A stretch of DNA of 48,499 bases from Candidatus Poribacteria bacterium (GCA_036339735.1 JAYZAL010000003.1:1-48499), one strand, 5' to 3'; shown: positions 9,697-20,993, numbered from the stretch's first letter. The notes: generated by a model not told the origin, from the sequence alone. Numbers and translations are program-made.

Positions 9697-12429
9697 ATGA
9701 GTGAAGTGTCAAAGAAATTATTTCTGTTGGACGGGATGGTTTTAATATTCCGTTCCCATTTTGCTTTCAGTCGCAATCCGCGTATTACCCATCAAGGACG
9801 AAATGTGTCAATTCCTTATGGTTTTACCAGTACTCTTGTCAAGATTTTAGAAAAAGAGAAGCCCACTCATATTGCAGTAGTATTCGATACTGCTGGTCCG
9901 ACACAACGTCATCTGATTTTTCCTGACTATAAAGGACATAGGGATAGTGCACCTGAGGAATTAGATACTGCTATACCGGACGTTGACCAAATTCTAGGTG
10001 CGTTTAATATTCCCGTTTATAGATTAGGAGGCTATGAAGCGGATGATCTTATCGGAACCATCGCAAGAGAAGCCGAAAAAGAAAAATTTGAGACTTATCT
10101 GGTCACAACCGACAAGGATTTTGCGCAATTAGTCACTGATACTACTTATCTTTATCGCTTGTCGTCCCGTAGTGATGCTGAAGAAATCATGGGGATTGAA
10201 CAAATTAAAGAGAAATGGAAGGTTCAACGTCCTCAGCAAGTGATCGATATTTTGAGTTTATGGGGAGATTCTTCAGATAATATTCCTGGTGTAACTGGAA
10301 TTGGAGAAAAGACAGCACAAAAATTGCTCGCTCAATTTGATAATTTAGAAAATTTACTAAAAAATACCGCTCAACTTAAAGGTAAACAACGGGAAAATCT
10401 GGAAAATGAGTCGAGTGTCGCTAAATTATCGAAACAGTTGGCAACTATAGACTGTAAAGTACCTTTTGAATTTAACTTTGAAGATATGCGTCGTCGATCG
10501 CCAGATATAACAAGACTCAACGACATATTCATTGAATTTGAGTTCAATCAGTTAGGTAAAAGGGTATTCGGTGATCTCTTTGATCGACAAAAAGATGCGG
10601 CCAAGGCTGAACTTTTACAGACTATTAACGATATAGAGGTTAATTATCAATTAGCCGAAACGGCCGACGAAAGATCTAATCTAATTGGTTTGTTATCTCA
10701 GCAGCCAGCTTTTTGCTTTGATTGTGAGACAACTAGTTTGGACAAAAAAGAGGCTCAATTAGTTGGTTTAGCCTTTTCTTTTGATGCACAAACAGGGTTT
10801 TTTGTCCCACTTCCGATTGATCAATATGAATGCAAATCCATTTTGACTGAATTTCAAACACTATTCGAGGATACGGGGATCGAAAAGGTGGGACAAAATC
10901 TTAAATACGATCTTACCGTTCTTCGATGGTATGGTATTGAAGCTAAAGGCCCATTTTTCGATACTATGATTGCACACCAGCTGATTGCACCTCACCTGAG
11001 ACATGGAATGGACTTTTTGGCCGAAACCTATCTTAAGTATTCTCCTATTCCGATTCAGGCTCTAATTGGAGATAAAAAAGATCAGCAACGTAGTATCCGA
11101 GAAGTTGCTCCTGATGAATTGATGACCTATGCCATTGAAGATGCAGATATTACTTGGCAACTACGATCTGTTTTTGCTCAATTATTGACAGAGTTCCAGC
11201 TGGAGCGAGTCTTTTATCAGGTCGAATGCCCTACGATACCAGTCCTAGCTGCGTTAGAGTTTAACGGAATTAAGACTGATTCCATAGCTTTAAGTGATTA
11301 CTCTTTAGAATTATCTCAAGAGATTATGAACCTGGAGCGAAAAATATATGATTTGGCCGGCACGCGGTTTAATCTTGATTCACCAAAGCAAGTAGGCAAA
11401 ATCTTATTCGAGGAATTGCAGCTAGAGTCTGACCCGGGCAAAACTAAAACAGGCCAATACAAAACCGATGTGAAAGTCTTAGAACGATTAGCGCCAAATC
11501 ACTTAATTGCTCAACATATGCTCGACTTTCGGGCTTGTCGAAAATTAAAGAATACCTATGTAGATCAGCTGTCAGCTTCTATTTTTCAATCTACTGGTCG
11601 TATTCATACAACATATGAACAAGCATTCACGGCAACCGGCCGTATGCAATCACATAGTCCCAATCTGCAGAATATACCAATCAGAACTGATCGAGGCAAA
11701 GAAATTCGCCGAGCCTTTATTTCTAGAGACCACAATCATTCTATTTTATCGGCGGATTATTCGCAAATTGAGCTACGTATTATTGCAGAACTCAGCCAAG
11801 ATCAAGCACTAATCTCAGCTTTCGAAAGTAACCTAGACATTCACACCGAAACAGCTGCTAAGATTTTTGACGTGCCCTTTGATCAAGTTGATAGTGAAAT
11901 GAGAAGGCGTGCTAAAATGGTAAACTACGGAATCGTGTATGGCATTTCACCTTTTGGATTGTCGCAACGATTGGCGATTCCGCGAGGAGAGGCCGTTGAG
12001 ATAATTGATCAGTACTTCAAACAATTTCCGGGTGTACCAGTTTATATTGAAGAAACGGTCGAATTCGCTCGTCAATATGGTTATGTCAGGACAATGACTG
12101 GCCGAAGGCGTTACCTTCCTGATATTCAGTCTCAGAATGCTACCATGCGGAATGGTGCGGAACGTAATGCTGTTAATTCACCAATTCAAGGTTCTGCTGC
12201 AGATTTAATCAAACTTGCTATGTCCAGTATTTACCAATCTATCTCCAAACGAAACTTGAGAACTCAGATGATTCTTCAAGTTCACGATGAGTTACTTTTT
12301 GATCTGCACAAAGACGAACAGGATATAGTCATACCGCTAGTTGTAAAAAAAATGAAAACAGCACTTTCAATGTCAGTACCAATTGAAGTCGAAATTGGTA
12401 TTGGTTGTAACTGGCTAGAAGCACATTAG
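9697..12429 (+). CDS. polA: DNA polymerase I
   Basis: 5'-3' exonuclease (LLDG, YEADD, GDSSDNIPGVTGIGEKTA), 3'-5' exonuclease (FDCETT, NLKYD, YAIEDAD) and polymerase motifs (SADYSQIELR, AKMVNYGIVYG, QVHDEL). ATG 9697 preferred over 9529, which overlaps the upstream gene. Confidence 0.97.
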   Translation: MSEVSKKLFLLDGMVLIFRSHFAFSRNPRITHQGRNVSIPYGFTSTLVKILEKEKPTHIAVVFDTAGPTQRHLIFPDYKGHRDSAPEELDTAIPDVDQILGAFNIPVYRLGGYEADDLIGTIAREAEKEKFETYLVTTDKDFAQLVTDTTYLYRLSSRSDAEEIMGIEQIKEKWKVQRPQQVIDILSLWGDSSDNIPGVTGIGEKTAQKLLAQFDNLENLLKNTAQLKGKQRENLENESSVAKLSKQLATIDCKVPFEFNFEDMRRRSPDITRLNDIFIEFEFNQLGKRVFGDLFDRQKDAAKAELLQTINDIEVNYQLAETADERSNLIGLLSQQPAFCFDCETTSLDKKEAQLVGLAFSFDAQTGFFVPLPIDQYECKSILTEFQTLFEDTGIEKVGQNLKYDLTVLRWYGIEAKGPFFDTMIAHQLIAPHLRHGMDFLAETYLKYSPIPIQALIGDKKDQQRSIREVAPDELMTYAIEDADITWQLRSVFAQLLTEFQLERVFYQVECPTIPVLAALEFNGIKTDSIALSDYSLELSQEIMNLERKIYDLAGTRFNLDSPKQVGKILFEELQLESDPGKTKTGQYKTDVKVLERLAPNHLIAQHMLDFRACRKLKNTYVDQLSASIFQSTGRIHTTYEQAFTATGRMQSHSPNLQNIPIRTDRGKEIRRAFISRDHNHSILSADYSQIELRIIAELSQDQALISAFESNLDIHTETAAKIFDVPFDQVDSEMRRRAKMVNYGIVYGISPFGLSQRLAIPRGEAVEIIDQYFKQFPGVPVYIEETVEFARQYGYVRTMTGRRRYLPDIQSQNATMRNGAERNAVNSPIQGSAADLIKLAMSSIYQSISKRNLRTQMILQVHDELLFDLHKDEQDIVIPLVVKKMKTALSMSVPIEVEIGIGCNWLEAH

Positions 12430-12450
12430 AAAATATAGAAAACTATCAGT

Positions 12451-13284
12451 ATGGACCAAGAAAAAAGAGATCAACTAATTGAAGATGGATACTGTTGCTT
12501 CCCACAAATTTTGGATTCCGAAATTTTGAAAAAAACTCGTCAGGTTAGTGACCATTTGATTAACCATCAAAAAACCGACCACTTCGAGACCCAAAAATCA
12601 ACGGGTAGTATGATCAGCGTTTACGATGACCCATTTTTCGCTGAATTGATTACTTACCCTGAAGCACTATTTGCTTTAAAACGACTCGGTTATTCTGACC
12701 CGCGTTGGTCATCAGGGTACATCATTAGCAAACCGGCTCATTCTCCGCCACTATTCTGGCATCAGGATTGGTGGGGATGGGACGACCCTATCAGCTATAC
12801 CAAGATCCCACAACAATTGTTTTTGATGTACTATTTAGTCGACACTAATCAACAGAACGGATGTTTACGTGTAATCAAGGGATCACATCTGAAACGGCAC
12901 TCTCTGCATACTAGTGACGGAGAAGCACATACAGCTAACTGGAGTCGTTATTCTCACCCTGAACACCCAATTTATCAGTCGGTGGCCGAAGAAGTTGCCG
13001 TGCCTGTAAGTGCTGGAGATTTAATAATTGGGGATTCTCGCCTAATACATGGTGCTTACGCTAATGAATCGGATAAGCGAAGAACCGTTATCACACTTTG
13101 GTATCACCCAGAATACAGTAAATCGCCAGAATCAATAAGGGCCCATTTGAGTCGTAAACAATCTTGGGTGTCTAGATGGCCACCAGAGGCCCAAAAACGG
13201 GTGCAGCATTTAGTGCCAGATTATTCAGGGGATTGTGAACCATTAACCTGGAATCGAAACCCTAGTTACAGTTACGAAACCTAA
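12451..13284 (+). CDS. Phytanoyl-CoA dioxygenase (PhyH) family protein
   Basis: WHQD, NGCLRVIKGSH, AGDLIIGDSRLIHG...RR (HxD...H facial triad). Confidence 0.9.
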   Translation: MDQEKRDQLIEDGYCCFPQILDSEILKKTRQVSDHLINHQKTDHFETQKSTGSMISVYDDPFFAELITYPEALFALKRLGYSDPRWSSGYIISKPAHSPPLFWHQDWWGWDDPISYTKIPQQLFLMYYLVDTNQQNGCLRVIKGSHLKRHSLHTSDGEAHTANWSRYSHPEHPIYQSVAEEVAVPVSAGDLIIGDSRLIHGAYANESDKRRTVITLWYHPEYSKSPESIRAHLSRKQSWVSRWPPEAQKRVQHLVPDYSGDCEPLTWNRNPSYSYET

Positions 13285-13304
13285 TTTGTGGCTCTGACTT
13301 TTTC

Positions 13305-13333
13305 TTGACAGAAAATGGTGCCAATTCTATAAT
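13305..13333 (+). promoter_or_regulatory. Consensus sigma70 promoter for dapF-dapA
   Basis: Exact TTGACA-17 nt-TATAAT. Confidence 0.85.
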
Positions 13334-13414
13334 AGGAGCGTCAGTTTCTGACGTCATCAGCCTGAAGTTGATTCTTACCTCAGTTCAGTCAATCAGCGTT
13401 TAAAAATAGAGACG

Positions 13415-14251
13415 ATGCAGATACCATTCATGAAGCTTTGTGGTGCTGGGAACGACTTCGTCGTCATAGATAATCGCCGAGATGTCTTACCAATACCGTC
13501 TACTGAATTCGCCCGTCGGGTGTGCCACCGCCGATTATCCGTTGGCGCCGATGGCTTGTTATTGTTGTCAGAGAGTATCTCAGCTGACTTTCGTATGGAA
13601 TATTTCAATGCTGACGGTAGTCAAGCGGAGACCTGTGGCAATGGTGCTCGTTGCATTGCTAAATTTGCTCATCTCAACGGTATCTCTGGCACAGAAATCC
13701 GTTTTGAAACTGTAGCGGGGCTATACCACGCCGAAATTTTAGGCTCACAACAAGTAAAAGTACAACTAGGTAACCCACAGCAAGTACGAATAAACTTCCC
13801 TCTGAAACTAGACAATGAACGTTTGTCGATAAGCTTTGTTAATACGGGGGTTCCACACGTAGTCAATTTGGTGACGGAACTAGCAGCCATTGATTTAGCC
13901 CATATGGGAGCTAAAATTCGCTATCATAAAAGTTTTGAGCCAAAAGGAACCAATGTTAATTGGGTGAAAATTCAAGGCAGACATGATATTGGCATTCGAA
14001 CTTATGAAAGAGGAATCGAGGGTGAGACGCTGGCTTGTGGAACTGGTTCCGTCGCTGGAGCTATTATTGCTGTACTGACAGGTAATGTTGAAACACCTGT
14101 GGCTGTGAAAACCGCTAGTGGAATAGTACTGACCGTCCACTTTGCCCACAAGATTGTAGGCGAGAAAATAGAAATTACCAATACCAGCCTAGAGGGGGAT
14201 GCTAGGCTAGTATGTCGCGGACAACTAACTTCTTCTGCCTGGGATTATTAG
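13415..14251 (+). CDS. dapF: Diaminopimelate epimerase
   Basis: GAGNDF, GADG, NADGSxAExCGNGARC, GVPH, YERG, ETLACGTG. Confidence 0.96.
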   Translation: MQIPFMKLCGAGNDFVVIDNRRDVLPIPSTEFARRVCHRRLSVGADGLLLLSESISADFRMEYFNADGSQAETCGNGARCIAKFAHLNGISGTEIRFETVAGLYHAEILGSQQVKVQLGNPQQVRINFPLKLDNERLSISFVNTGVPHVVNLVTELAAIDLAHMGAKIRYHKSFEPKGTNVNWVKIQGRHDIGIRTYERGIEGETLACGTGSVAGAIIAVLTGNVETPVAVKTASGIVLTVHFAHKIVGEKIEITNTSLEGDARLVCRGQLTSSAWDY

Positions 14252-14277
14252 AGCTTACTTCACACAAGGAGATTTTG

Positions 14278-15159
14278 ATGTTTGAAGGTTCTTTTGTTGC
14301 TATTGTAACGCCATTCAATACTGATGGTTCACTAGATGAAGGAAAGTTACAAGAATTAGTCGAGTTCCAAATTCAAAATGGTACACATGGTGTTGTTCCT
14401 TGTGGGACAACTGGTGAATCGCCAACCCTTACACATGATGAACACGACCGTGTAGTCGAATTGACAGTTACAGCTGTTGACAATCGGGTTCAAGTAATCG
14501 CTGGTGCTGGATCTAACTCGACAGCAGAAGCTTTGCGTTTGGTAAAACACGCTAAATCCGTTGGAGCAGATGGTGCACTGGTCATCACTCCATATTATAA
14601 CAAACCAACTCAAAACGGCCTCTATGCCCATTTTATGCACATTGCCGATCAAGTTGACATCCCAATTATTATTTACAATGTACCTAGTCGAACGGGTACG
14701 GATTTACAAACGGAAACCTTAGCTAAATTAGCAAGACACGAGAATATTGTTGGCCTTAAGGAGGCAACTGGGCAACTTAGCCGTGCAAGTGAAGCTGTCA
14801 ACGCTTGTGATGATCACTTTTCAGTTCTATCAGGAGATGATGTGAATACATTACCTATACTATCAGTTGGTGGCAAGGGGGTCATATCAGTACTCGCAAA
14901 TGTAGCACCGAAACCCGTTGCAGATATGTGTAATGCATTTCAAGCTGGAGATCTAAAAAGGGCACAAGAGATCCATCATCAGACAATGAAATTATCGCTG
15001 GATCTATTCATAGATACAAACCCAATTCCAGTCAAGACAGCATTACAAATGATGGGGAAATTGAATGGGTATATGAGGTTACCACTTGCTCCAATGTCCA
15101 AAGACGATTGCCAGGTACTGGAAGCAACGATGAAAAGTACGGGGTTAAATTTACTATAG
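14278..15159 (+). CDS. dapA: 4-hydroxy-tetrahydrodipicolinate synthase
   Basis: AIVTPF, GTTGES, TPYYNKP, YNVPSRT, LKEA, NPIPVK. SD AAGGAG before ATG 14278. Confidence 0.96.
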   Translation: MFEGSFVAIVTPFNTDGSLDEGKLQELVEFQIQNGTHGVVPCGTTGESPTLTHDEHDRVVELTVTAVDNRVQVIAGAGSNSTAEALRLVKHAKSVGADGALVITPYYNKPTQNGLYAHFMHIADQVDIPIIIYNVPSRTGTDLQTETLAKLARHENIVGLKEATGQLSRASEAVNACDDHFSVLSGDDVNTLPILSVGGKGVISVLANVAPKPVADMCNAFQAGDLKRAQEIHHQTMKLSLDLFIDTNPIPVKTALQMMGKLNGYMRLPLAPMSKDDCQVLEATMKSTGLNLL

Positions 15160-15485
15160 TCCAGCAGCAAGCAAGATACAAAATCGAAATCTAAGATCAA
15201 GACAAAGAATTTGGTAACTAGTATCTAATAATTGGTTTGTTTCTAGGAAGGGGTATGGATTCGCTGATCTGTGATTTTACGACGCGACCTACTTTCCTCT
15301 CTACACTAAGTCCTAGGCAGGTTTATTCCTTCGACCTGATATTCTGCATCGTCTAACCTCTGGAGGCTTTGCTACTGAACGGCATAGTATGATGCCAAAG
15401 TCAAAGGCCCCGTTTTGTCCTCAGCTAATCAATTCCTCATTTTTACGCTTGTATGTTTAAAAAAGATAATGTTCTGTAGGTTTAG

Positions 15486-17558
15486 ATGTCAAAACTTTTT
15501 TCTAACTCTTTAACCTTTTGCAATCAATTCAAGTATTCAATATGGCTTTGTGCTGTTTGGGGGTTCTTATTCAGCCAGACAATAATTGGTGAAGCCAAAA
15601 TAATAACAGTGGATTCAAGTATCGGACAGTCAGTAGCCCCGGGTGGACAGACTGTGTTCAATAGTATCCAAAAGGCAATTGATACTGCCAGCAATGGAGA
15701 TACCATTAAGATCAAGCCCGGAATCTATAAAGAGTCTATCACATTTAGGAAAAATCTAACATTAGCTGGTTCTGGAAGTGAAAAAACTCGTTTGGAGTTT
15801 GATCGAGAGGGTTTAGTTTTATCTGCGAGTGATGTCAAACGGGCCAACATTCAAGGATTGACTATTGCTTACACTGGCCAAGGTCAAAGATCAACACTTT
15901 GGTTTTTCCGCTCTAATATTATCCTAGAAGATTGTACAGTAAAAGGCGGATTCTATTCTGGGATTTATATTACAGCAGGCTCAAACGTAACCATTCGTCG
16001 ATGCCAAATCACGGATAATCGACGCATAGGTATTAACATAGCTAATTCGACTGTGCGCTTGTTGAAATCTAAAATCAGTCGAAATGGGCACTATGGACTA
16101 AAAATTACTAAATGTCGGGATACAGTTGTGGAACAGTGTGAAATACATCAAAACAAGTGGAGTGGAATCTATATCTCTGATGGAAAATCGGAAGAAAACG
16201 AACCAATATCCATTGTAACTCTCAGGCGAAACACTATTCAATCAAATCAGCAAGATGGAATTGTCGTTCACATGACTCGTCAGACTATCGTACATCAAAA
16301 CTGGCTACAAGACAACATAGGAAACGGTGTCAAGATAGAAGAGACTGCTGGTCAACTTATTGGTAACTTAATAAGCGATAACAAAAAAAACGGGATTATT
16401 GTACGTAATTCGCCTAGTATTCTGATACATCATAACACCATTGCTTCCCAGCAAGTTGGGTTGGACCTGCAAAACGCCAAAAAGTTGGATGTTAAAAACA
16501 ATATCATTGCTTATCATCAGACTGGTGTTATTACTAAGTCTGTGGTTACTGCTACCTTCGATCGTAATAATCTTTGGGCTAATCGAAAACACTATTCGAA
16601 CCTAAAACCCCCAAGTGAAGATATACAATACAATCCCAAGTTTGTTTCAGTCGAAAAAAAAGATTATAGACTATATGATGATTCACCTATGATCAGCAAT
16701 GCAACTGACAAGACTGATATTGGTGGTTTTACTCATTCAAACCCAACGGACATAATAGAAAAATCACAAGCTAATAATACTCGTTCGGAATTCCAAACGA
16801 CAGAAAGATTTCTACCCCAACCTCTACCAATCCAATCCGAAATATTAGAACAGCCCAAAACGCCAGAAAATAATGCCCAGCCGCCTGAATTATTACTCGC
16901 CTCCCCAACTACGCCTGATTTTGTCGTGCATATTACTCATCTGCAAAAACAACCCTACTTGATTGAAGTTGGGCAAACGGTCAAAATTTCAGCCCAAACA
17001 GTCTTCCCCAAAAATGATTTAAAAATGGTCAATTGCCAATTGTTGAGTGATAGAAGTGAAAAAATATCTGGTTTTGTATACCAAAAACAGGAGTTAAACT
17101 GGAAAGCTAGTTCTGATCAAATAGGTTCGCAGACTATTCGCTTTCAGGCAAATCAGCTAGTCGTGGACGTACGATTTTTTGTTTGGCAACAAAAGAAGCC
17201 ACCACGTATTACAAAAATCAATGGTAATTGGATAAACCGAACTGATAGCCAAAAGCCAGTTGAATATGCAGTCCCTGCCAATAAAGAAAGTAAATTAGTA
17301 TTTGAAGCCGAGGGTGGGGATTCGCTTAAATTCTCTTATGTATTCCTGCCTGTTGGGGCAAAAACGAAAGAAAATATATTGACTTGGAAGCCACCACGTA
17401 GCCTTGCAACAAAATCGAGGGCCAGAGCATCGACTACAAAGAAAAACAAGACTTCCCTCATCGAAAAACAGTCGGCAAAATTCCCACTCTTAGTCGTTGC
17501 AGAGAACGGTAATGAAGTAGATGTTCTAGACCTAGTACTGATAGTTGAATTAGATTAG
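15486..17558 (+). CDS. Secreted right-handed parallel beta-helix (pectin lyase-like) protein with C-terminal Ig-like domains
   Basis: Signal-like N-terminus, SIQKAID...GDTIKIKPGIYKE, repeated IxxNxxxGI units, PKFV...DYRL...SP...DIGG cap, Pro-rich linker, then beta-rich C-terminus. Confidence 0.8.
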   Translation: MSKLFSNSLTFCNQFKYSIWLCAVWGFLFSQTIIGEAKIITVDSSIGQSVAPGGQTVFNSIQKAIDTASNGDTIKIKPGIYKESITFRKNLTLAGSGSEKTRLEFDREGLVLSASDVKRANIQGLTIAYTGQGQRSTLWFFRSNIILEDCTVKGGFYSGIYITAGSNVTIRRCQITDNRRIGINIANSTVRLLKSKISRNGHYGLKITKCRDTVVEQCEIHQNKWSGIYISDGKSEENEPISIVTLRRNTIQSNQQDGIVVHMTRQTIVHQNWLQDNIGNGVKIEETAGQLIGNLISDNKKNGIIVRNSPSILIHHNTIASQQVGLDLQNAKKLDVKNNIIAYHQTGVITKSVVTATFDRNNLWANRKHYSNLKPPSEDIQYNPKFVSVEKKDYRLYDDSPMISNATDKTDIGGFTHSNPTDIIEKSQANNTRSEFQTTERFLPQPLPIQSEILEQPKTPENNAQPPELLLASPTTPDFVVHITHLQKQPYLIEVGQTVKISAQTVFPKNDLKMVNCQLLSDRSEKISGFVYQKQELNWKASSDQIGSQTIRFQANQLVVDVRFFVWQQKKPPRITKINGNWINRTDSQKPVEYAVPANKESKLVFEAEGGDSLKFSYVFLPVGAKTKENILTWKPPRSLATKSRARASTTKKNKTSLIEKQSAKFPLLVVAENGNEVDVLDLVLIVELD

Positions 17559-17899
17559 TCACTCGCCAACATATAACCAATGAATACACCAAGACTGGTT
17601 GTAGTCAAAATAAGAATAATCGCACATAGAACATATTTCCAACTTGTTGAGACCGACTCTTGATTACTATCTGCTTGAGGGCTAATGTTGTTTCCTTCCG
17701 ATTGTTGATGAAAAAAATCATTGTTTATAGTTTGGTTCTCAATCAGAATATCGGATTCAATAACGACTTTTGGATCATGCTGTATTGTTTGGTTTAAGTT
17801 CGAAGATCGTGGTTCATCAAGACCGGCGCCTAGCATTTCGCGTCTTCGATTTTTAACTTTCTGTTTTACAATTTCTTTTTCTGCTTCTGATAGTGCCAT
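17555..17899 (-). CDS. Hypothetical protein with a C-terminal transmembrane helix
   Basis: Starts 2 bp after the argB stop with an SD-like GGAGG; polar N-terminus and hydrophobic YVLCAIILILTTTSLGVFIGYM tail. Confidence 0.65.
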   Translation of the reverse strand: MALSEAEKEIVKQKVKNRRREMLGAGLDEPRSSNLNQTIQHDPKVVIESDILIENQTINNDFFHQQSEGNNISPQADSNQESVSTSWKYVLCAIILILTTTSLGVFIGYMLASD

Positions 17900-17901
17900 T
17901 T

Positions 17902-18819
17902 TTAATCCTCCGAATCAGTAGCCTTGAGGATTTCTGTACCGATTCCTTGCGAAGTAAACATCTCCAACAACAAGGCGTGTTTCATACGCCCATCAATAAT
18001 GTGTGTTTTGCGAACCCCAGCTGAGAGGGCTGTTGTGCAAGCTAATACTTTAGGTAGCATACCTGAACCAATAATTCCCTTTTGAATATATGCATCAATT
18101 TGGTCAGTATCAAGTGTTGAAAACAACGTTGACTCGTCGGTAGGATCAGATAAAAGCCCCCTCGTATCAGTTAGCAAGATCAACTTTTCAGCCACTAGAG
18201 CAGCTGCGACTTCACCAGCTACAGTATCCGCATTAATATTATAGGCACTTCCATCATCTCCAATACCATTGGGTGCAATGACCGGAATATAATCCGCAGA
18301 TTTCAAAGTGTGTAACAGATCTGGGTTCACCCGAACGACCTCGCCTACATAACCAATATCGATCTGCTCAGCTATTCCTTCTTCGGACACAAGAGTTGGT
18401 GAATATTTCTTTGCCTGGACTAGGCAAGCATCCTTGCCACATAATCCAACCGCATGTCCACCATGTTGATTGATCAGTTGAACAATTTCTTTATTGATTG
18501 AACCGGCCAATACCATTTCGGCAATTTCTACAGTCTCATGATCTGTTACCCTCAGGCCTTGTACGAATTTAGACTCCTTACCCATCCGTTTCATCATCTG
18601 ACTTATTTTAGGGCCACCACCATGTACGACAACCGGCTGAATCCCAATATATTTCATTAAAACAATATCTTTCATTACTGAATGTTTCAATGAATCATTG
18701 GTCATAGCAGCTCCACCATATTTAATCACTACCGTTTTTCCTGAAAACTGCTGTATATAGGGTAGCGATTCAATTAAAATCTTCGCTTTATTCACTAAAT
18801 CGGTTTCTTTAAATGCCAT
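17902..18819 (-). CDS. argB: Acetylglutamate kinase
   Basis: [40 protein letters not shown]. Confidence 0.96.
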   Translation of the reverse strand: MAFKETDLVNKAKILIESLPYIQQFSGKTVVIKYGGAAMTNDSLKHSVMKDIVLMKYIGIQPVVVHGGGPKISQMMKRMGKESKFVQGLRVTDHETVEIAEMVLAGSINKEIVQLINQHGGHAVGLCGKDACLVQAKKYSPTLVSEEGIAEQIDIGYVGEVVRVNPDLLHTLKSADYIPVIAPNGIGDDGSAYNINADTVAGEVAAALVAEKLILLTDTRGLLSDPTDESTLFSTLDTDQIDAYIQKGIIGSGMLPKVLACTTALSAGVRKTHIIDGRMKHALLLEMFTSQGIGTEILKATDSED

Positions 18820-19612
18820 CAATATGATTTCCGCTTGGTGTATTGATTAAACCACCACTAGGGCTTGAAGCCGTAGCATATAATTTCTGTGGAATTCGAC
18901 CAGCTAAAAATGCTTCTCGTCCAGCTTCAATAGCTTTTCGCATAGCAGACGCCATCAAGACCGGCTGGCGCGCTTTTGCTATTGCGGTATTGAGCAAAAT
19001 TCCGTCACAACCTAGCTCCATTGCAATAGTTGCATCCGACGCTGTTCCAACCCCCGCATCGACAATCACTGGAACTGAAATGATATCTCGAATAATTTGA
19101 ATATTATAAGGGTTACGAATGCCAGCTCCGGAACCAATAGGTGCTCCCAGCGGCATAACTACAGGACACCCTAAATCCTCTAATTTTTTACAGGTTATTG
19201 GGTCGTCATTGCAGTAGGGCAAAACTGTAAATCCATCCTTGATTAATACTTCAGCGGCTAAAAGAAGTTGTTCAACATCAGGGAATAGAGTCCTGTCATC
19301 TCCAATTACTTCTAGTTTTACCAATTGAGTCTCAAGAGCATCTGCCGCGAGTTGAGCCGTTAGTATCGCATCTTTCGCCGTGAAACAACCAGCGGTATTG
19401 GGAAGTATAATTATTTTTTTTTGTCTCAATAACTGAAACAGATCTCCTTGATCTTGATTATCAAATCTTACTCGTCGAACAGAAACGGTTACTATTTCTG
19501 TTTCACTAGCAGCAATAGCTCTGAGCATAACTTCAAAATTAGGGTAACCAGAAGAGCCGATCAATAAACGAGAAGAAACAGTTAGATCTCCTATCTGTAG
19601 TCCCTTATCCAC
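18809..19612 (-). CDS. thiG: Thiazole synthase
   Basis: [42 protein letters not shown] 19612, overlapping the thiS end, preferred over 19699. Confidence 0.96.
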   Translation of the reverse strand: MDKGLQIGDLTVSSRLLIGSSGYPNFEVMLRAIAASETEIVTVSVRRVRFDNQDQGDLFQLLRQKKIIILPNTAGCFTAKDAILTAQLAADALETQLVKLEVIGDDRTLFPDVEQLLLAAEVLIKDGFTVLPYCNDDPITCKKLEDLGCPVVMPLGAPIGSGAGIRNPYNIQIIRDIISVPVIVDAGVGTASDATIAMELGCDGILLNTAIAKARQPVLMASAMRKAIEAGREAFLAGRIPQKLYATASSPSGGLINTPSGNHIDGI

Positions 19613-19814
19613 CTTGCACCGCCCGAACGATTTCCACCTGACACCCTGAAAAAACTTCGGTTTTTGGCCAAAGTTGGCGATGTACAACCCGATGATCAAG
19701 AGCTACAGCAATACCAGCCTGTTCAGGTTCTAAATCTAAGAGTTGTAAAAGCTGATAAAGATTCAGTACATCTTCAGGAAAATTTTTTGTTTCGCCATTA
19801 ATGTATAATTGCAT
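19605..19814 (-). CDS. thiS: Sulfur carrier protein ThiS
   Basis: INGE start, [14 protein letters not shown] with C-terminal GG, located between thiO and thiG. Confidence 0.93.
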   Translation of the reverse strand: MQLYINGETKNFPEDVLNLYQLLQLLDLEPEQAGIAVALDHRVVHRQLWPKTEVFSGCQVEIVRAVQGG

Positions 19815-19824
19815 AAATCTGGAT

Positions 19825-20967
19825 TTAATAAGACCTCTTGTCTGTTTTACTCAGGTTAAGAGTTTCAAATCTGGAAATGTTAAACGGTTTTATCACTTCT
19901 GACACTATACCAGTTAAGACAAGTTGCGAAATTTCGTCACAGGTAACCGGTGTAAGCAAAATACCTTTTCGAAAATGACCAGCGGCCAAAATTAACCCAT
20001 CCACAGAAGTTAACCCAAGAATTGGGGCATTATCTCGGCTCGCGGGTCGTAAACTTACGAAGGTATCAACTATGGGAAATTCGTAAATACCTGGAAGTGC
20101 TTCCCATGCCCCACGCAATAGTTCGAACATACCACCAGCTGTCAGATGAGTATCAAACCCTTGTTCTTCAACAGTAGCGCCTACTACCAAGGAACCATTA
20201 CTACGTGGTACTAGATAAGCGTCTGGGGCGTAAATCACATGAGATATGATTGGTTCTGCTTCCATTTGTAATCCCAGTATTTGGCCCTTAACAGGTCGAA
20301 TTAGGTATTGGTATGATTTTGGTAGGCCTTCAACTTGACTCAGCCAAGCTCCTGCGGCTACGATCACCAAATCAGCTGGAACAAATTCTGAATCGATATG
20401 GATACCGGTTACCTGCTGATCTTTTATATTAATTTTTGTTACAGCTGTCTGCTCAAATAGCTTACCGCCAGCTTTCTGAAAAGCAACAGTCAGCGCAGCA
20501 GTCATCAGACGACCATTAACCTGTAAATCGGAGGGGCAATGGATGGCAGCCACTACCCGTGGAGAAAGAGCTGGCTCCAACGCACGAGCCTGATTGCCAG
20601 TTAACCAATCCACTGGCAAGTCGAAGCTTTTTTGCATTTCAAAGTGGTGTTGAAGATCGGCTCGGCCATCTCGGTCCAGAGCTACCATTAATGTTCCTTT
20701 TTTGCGGTAGTCAATGTCGATTTGACTTTCTTCTTGCAGTTCACGGACCCACTCAGGGTAACGATTAGAACTTTCTAGGCCGAGCTTTAGTAATTCCGCT
20801 TCTTGCGTATGCGCTTCTGCGAGTGGGGATAACATTCCTGCTGCAGCCCAACTTGCGCCACGACCAACCTGATTACGTTCGTAAAGTGCAACTTGGCAAC
20901 CTAGACGTGATAATTTCCAACCAATTCCTAGGCCAATTACCCCGCCCCCAACGATAATGATACGCAC
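19825..20967 (-). CDS. thiO: Glycine oxidase ThiO
   Basis: GGGVIG FAD motif, ASWAAAGML, PVKGQ, YLVPR, GHFRKGILL; upstream of thiS-thiG. Confidence 0.93.
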   Translation of the reverse strand: MRIIIVGGGVIGLGIGWKLSRLGCQVALYERNQVGRGASWAAAGMLSPLAEAHTQEAELLKLGLESSNRYPEWVRELQEESQIDIDYRKKGTLMVALDRDGRADLQHHFEMQKSFDLPVDWLTGNQARALEPALSPRVVAAIHCPSDLQVNGRLMTAALTVAFQKAGGKLFEQTAVTKINIKDQQVTGIHIDSEFVPADLVIVAAGAWLSQVEGLPKSYQYLIRPVKGQILGLQMEAEPIISHVIYAPDAYLVPRSNGSLVVGATVEEQGFDTHLTAGGMFELLRGAWEALPGIYEFPIVDTFVSLRPASRDNAPILGLTSVDGLILAAGHFRKGILLTPVTCDEISQLVLTGIVSEVIKPFNISRFETLNLSKTDKRSY

Positions 20968-20993
20968 GATATTTCCTACTAATTACGCGCCGA

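Noticed and set aside
13334-13414. Lysine riboswitch upstream of dapF-dapA
   Set aside because: The leader is only about 80 nt with one small hairpin (CGTCAG/CTGACG), too short for the aptamer.
15250-15411. tmRNA, SRP RNA or RNase P RNA
   Set aside because: Only fragments resemble them (GGGGTATGGATTCG, TCAGGTCGAAGG, GAGGAAAGT). The tmRNA T-arm/CCA end, the SRP AGCAG motif and the RNase P GAGGAAAGTCC with its 3' partner are absent.
19613-19699. N-terminal extension of ThiG or a ThiS-ThiG fusion
   Set aside because: The extension overlaps thiS in another frame, and thiS ends normally in GG followed by a stop.
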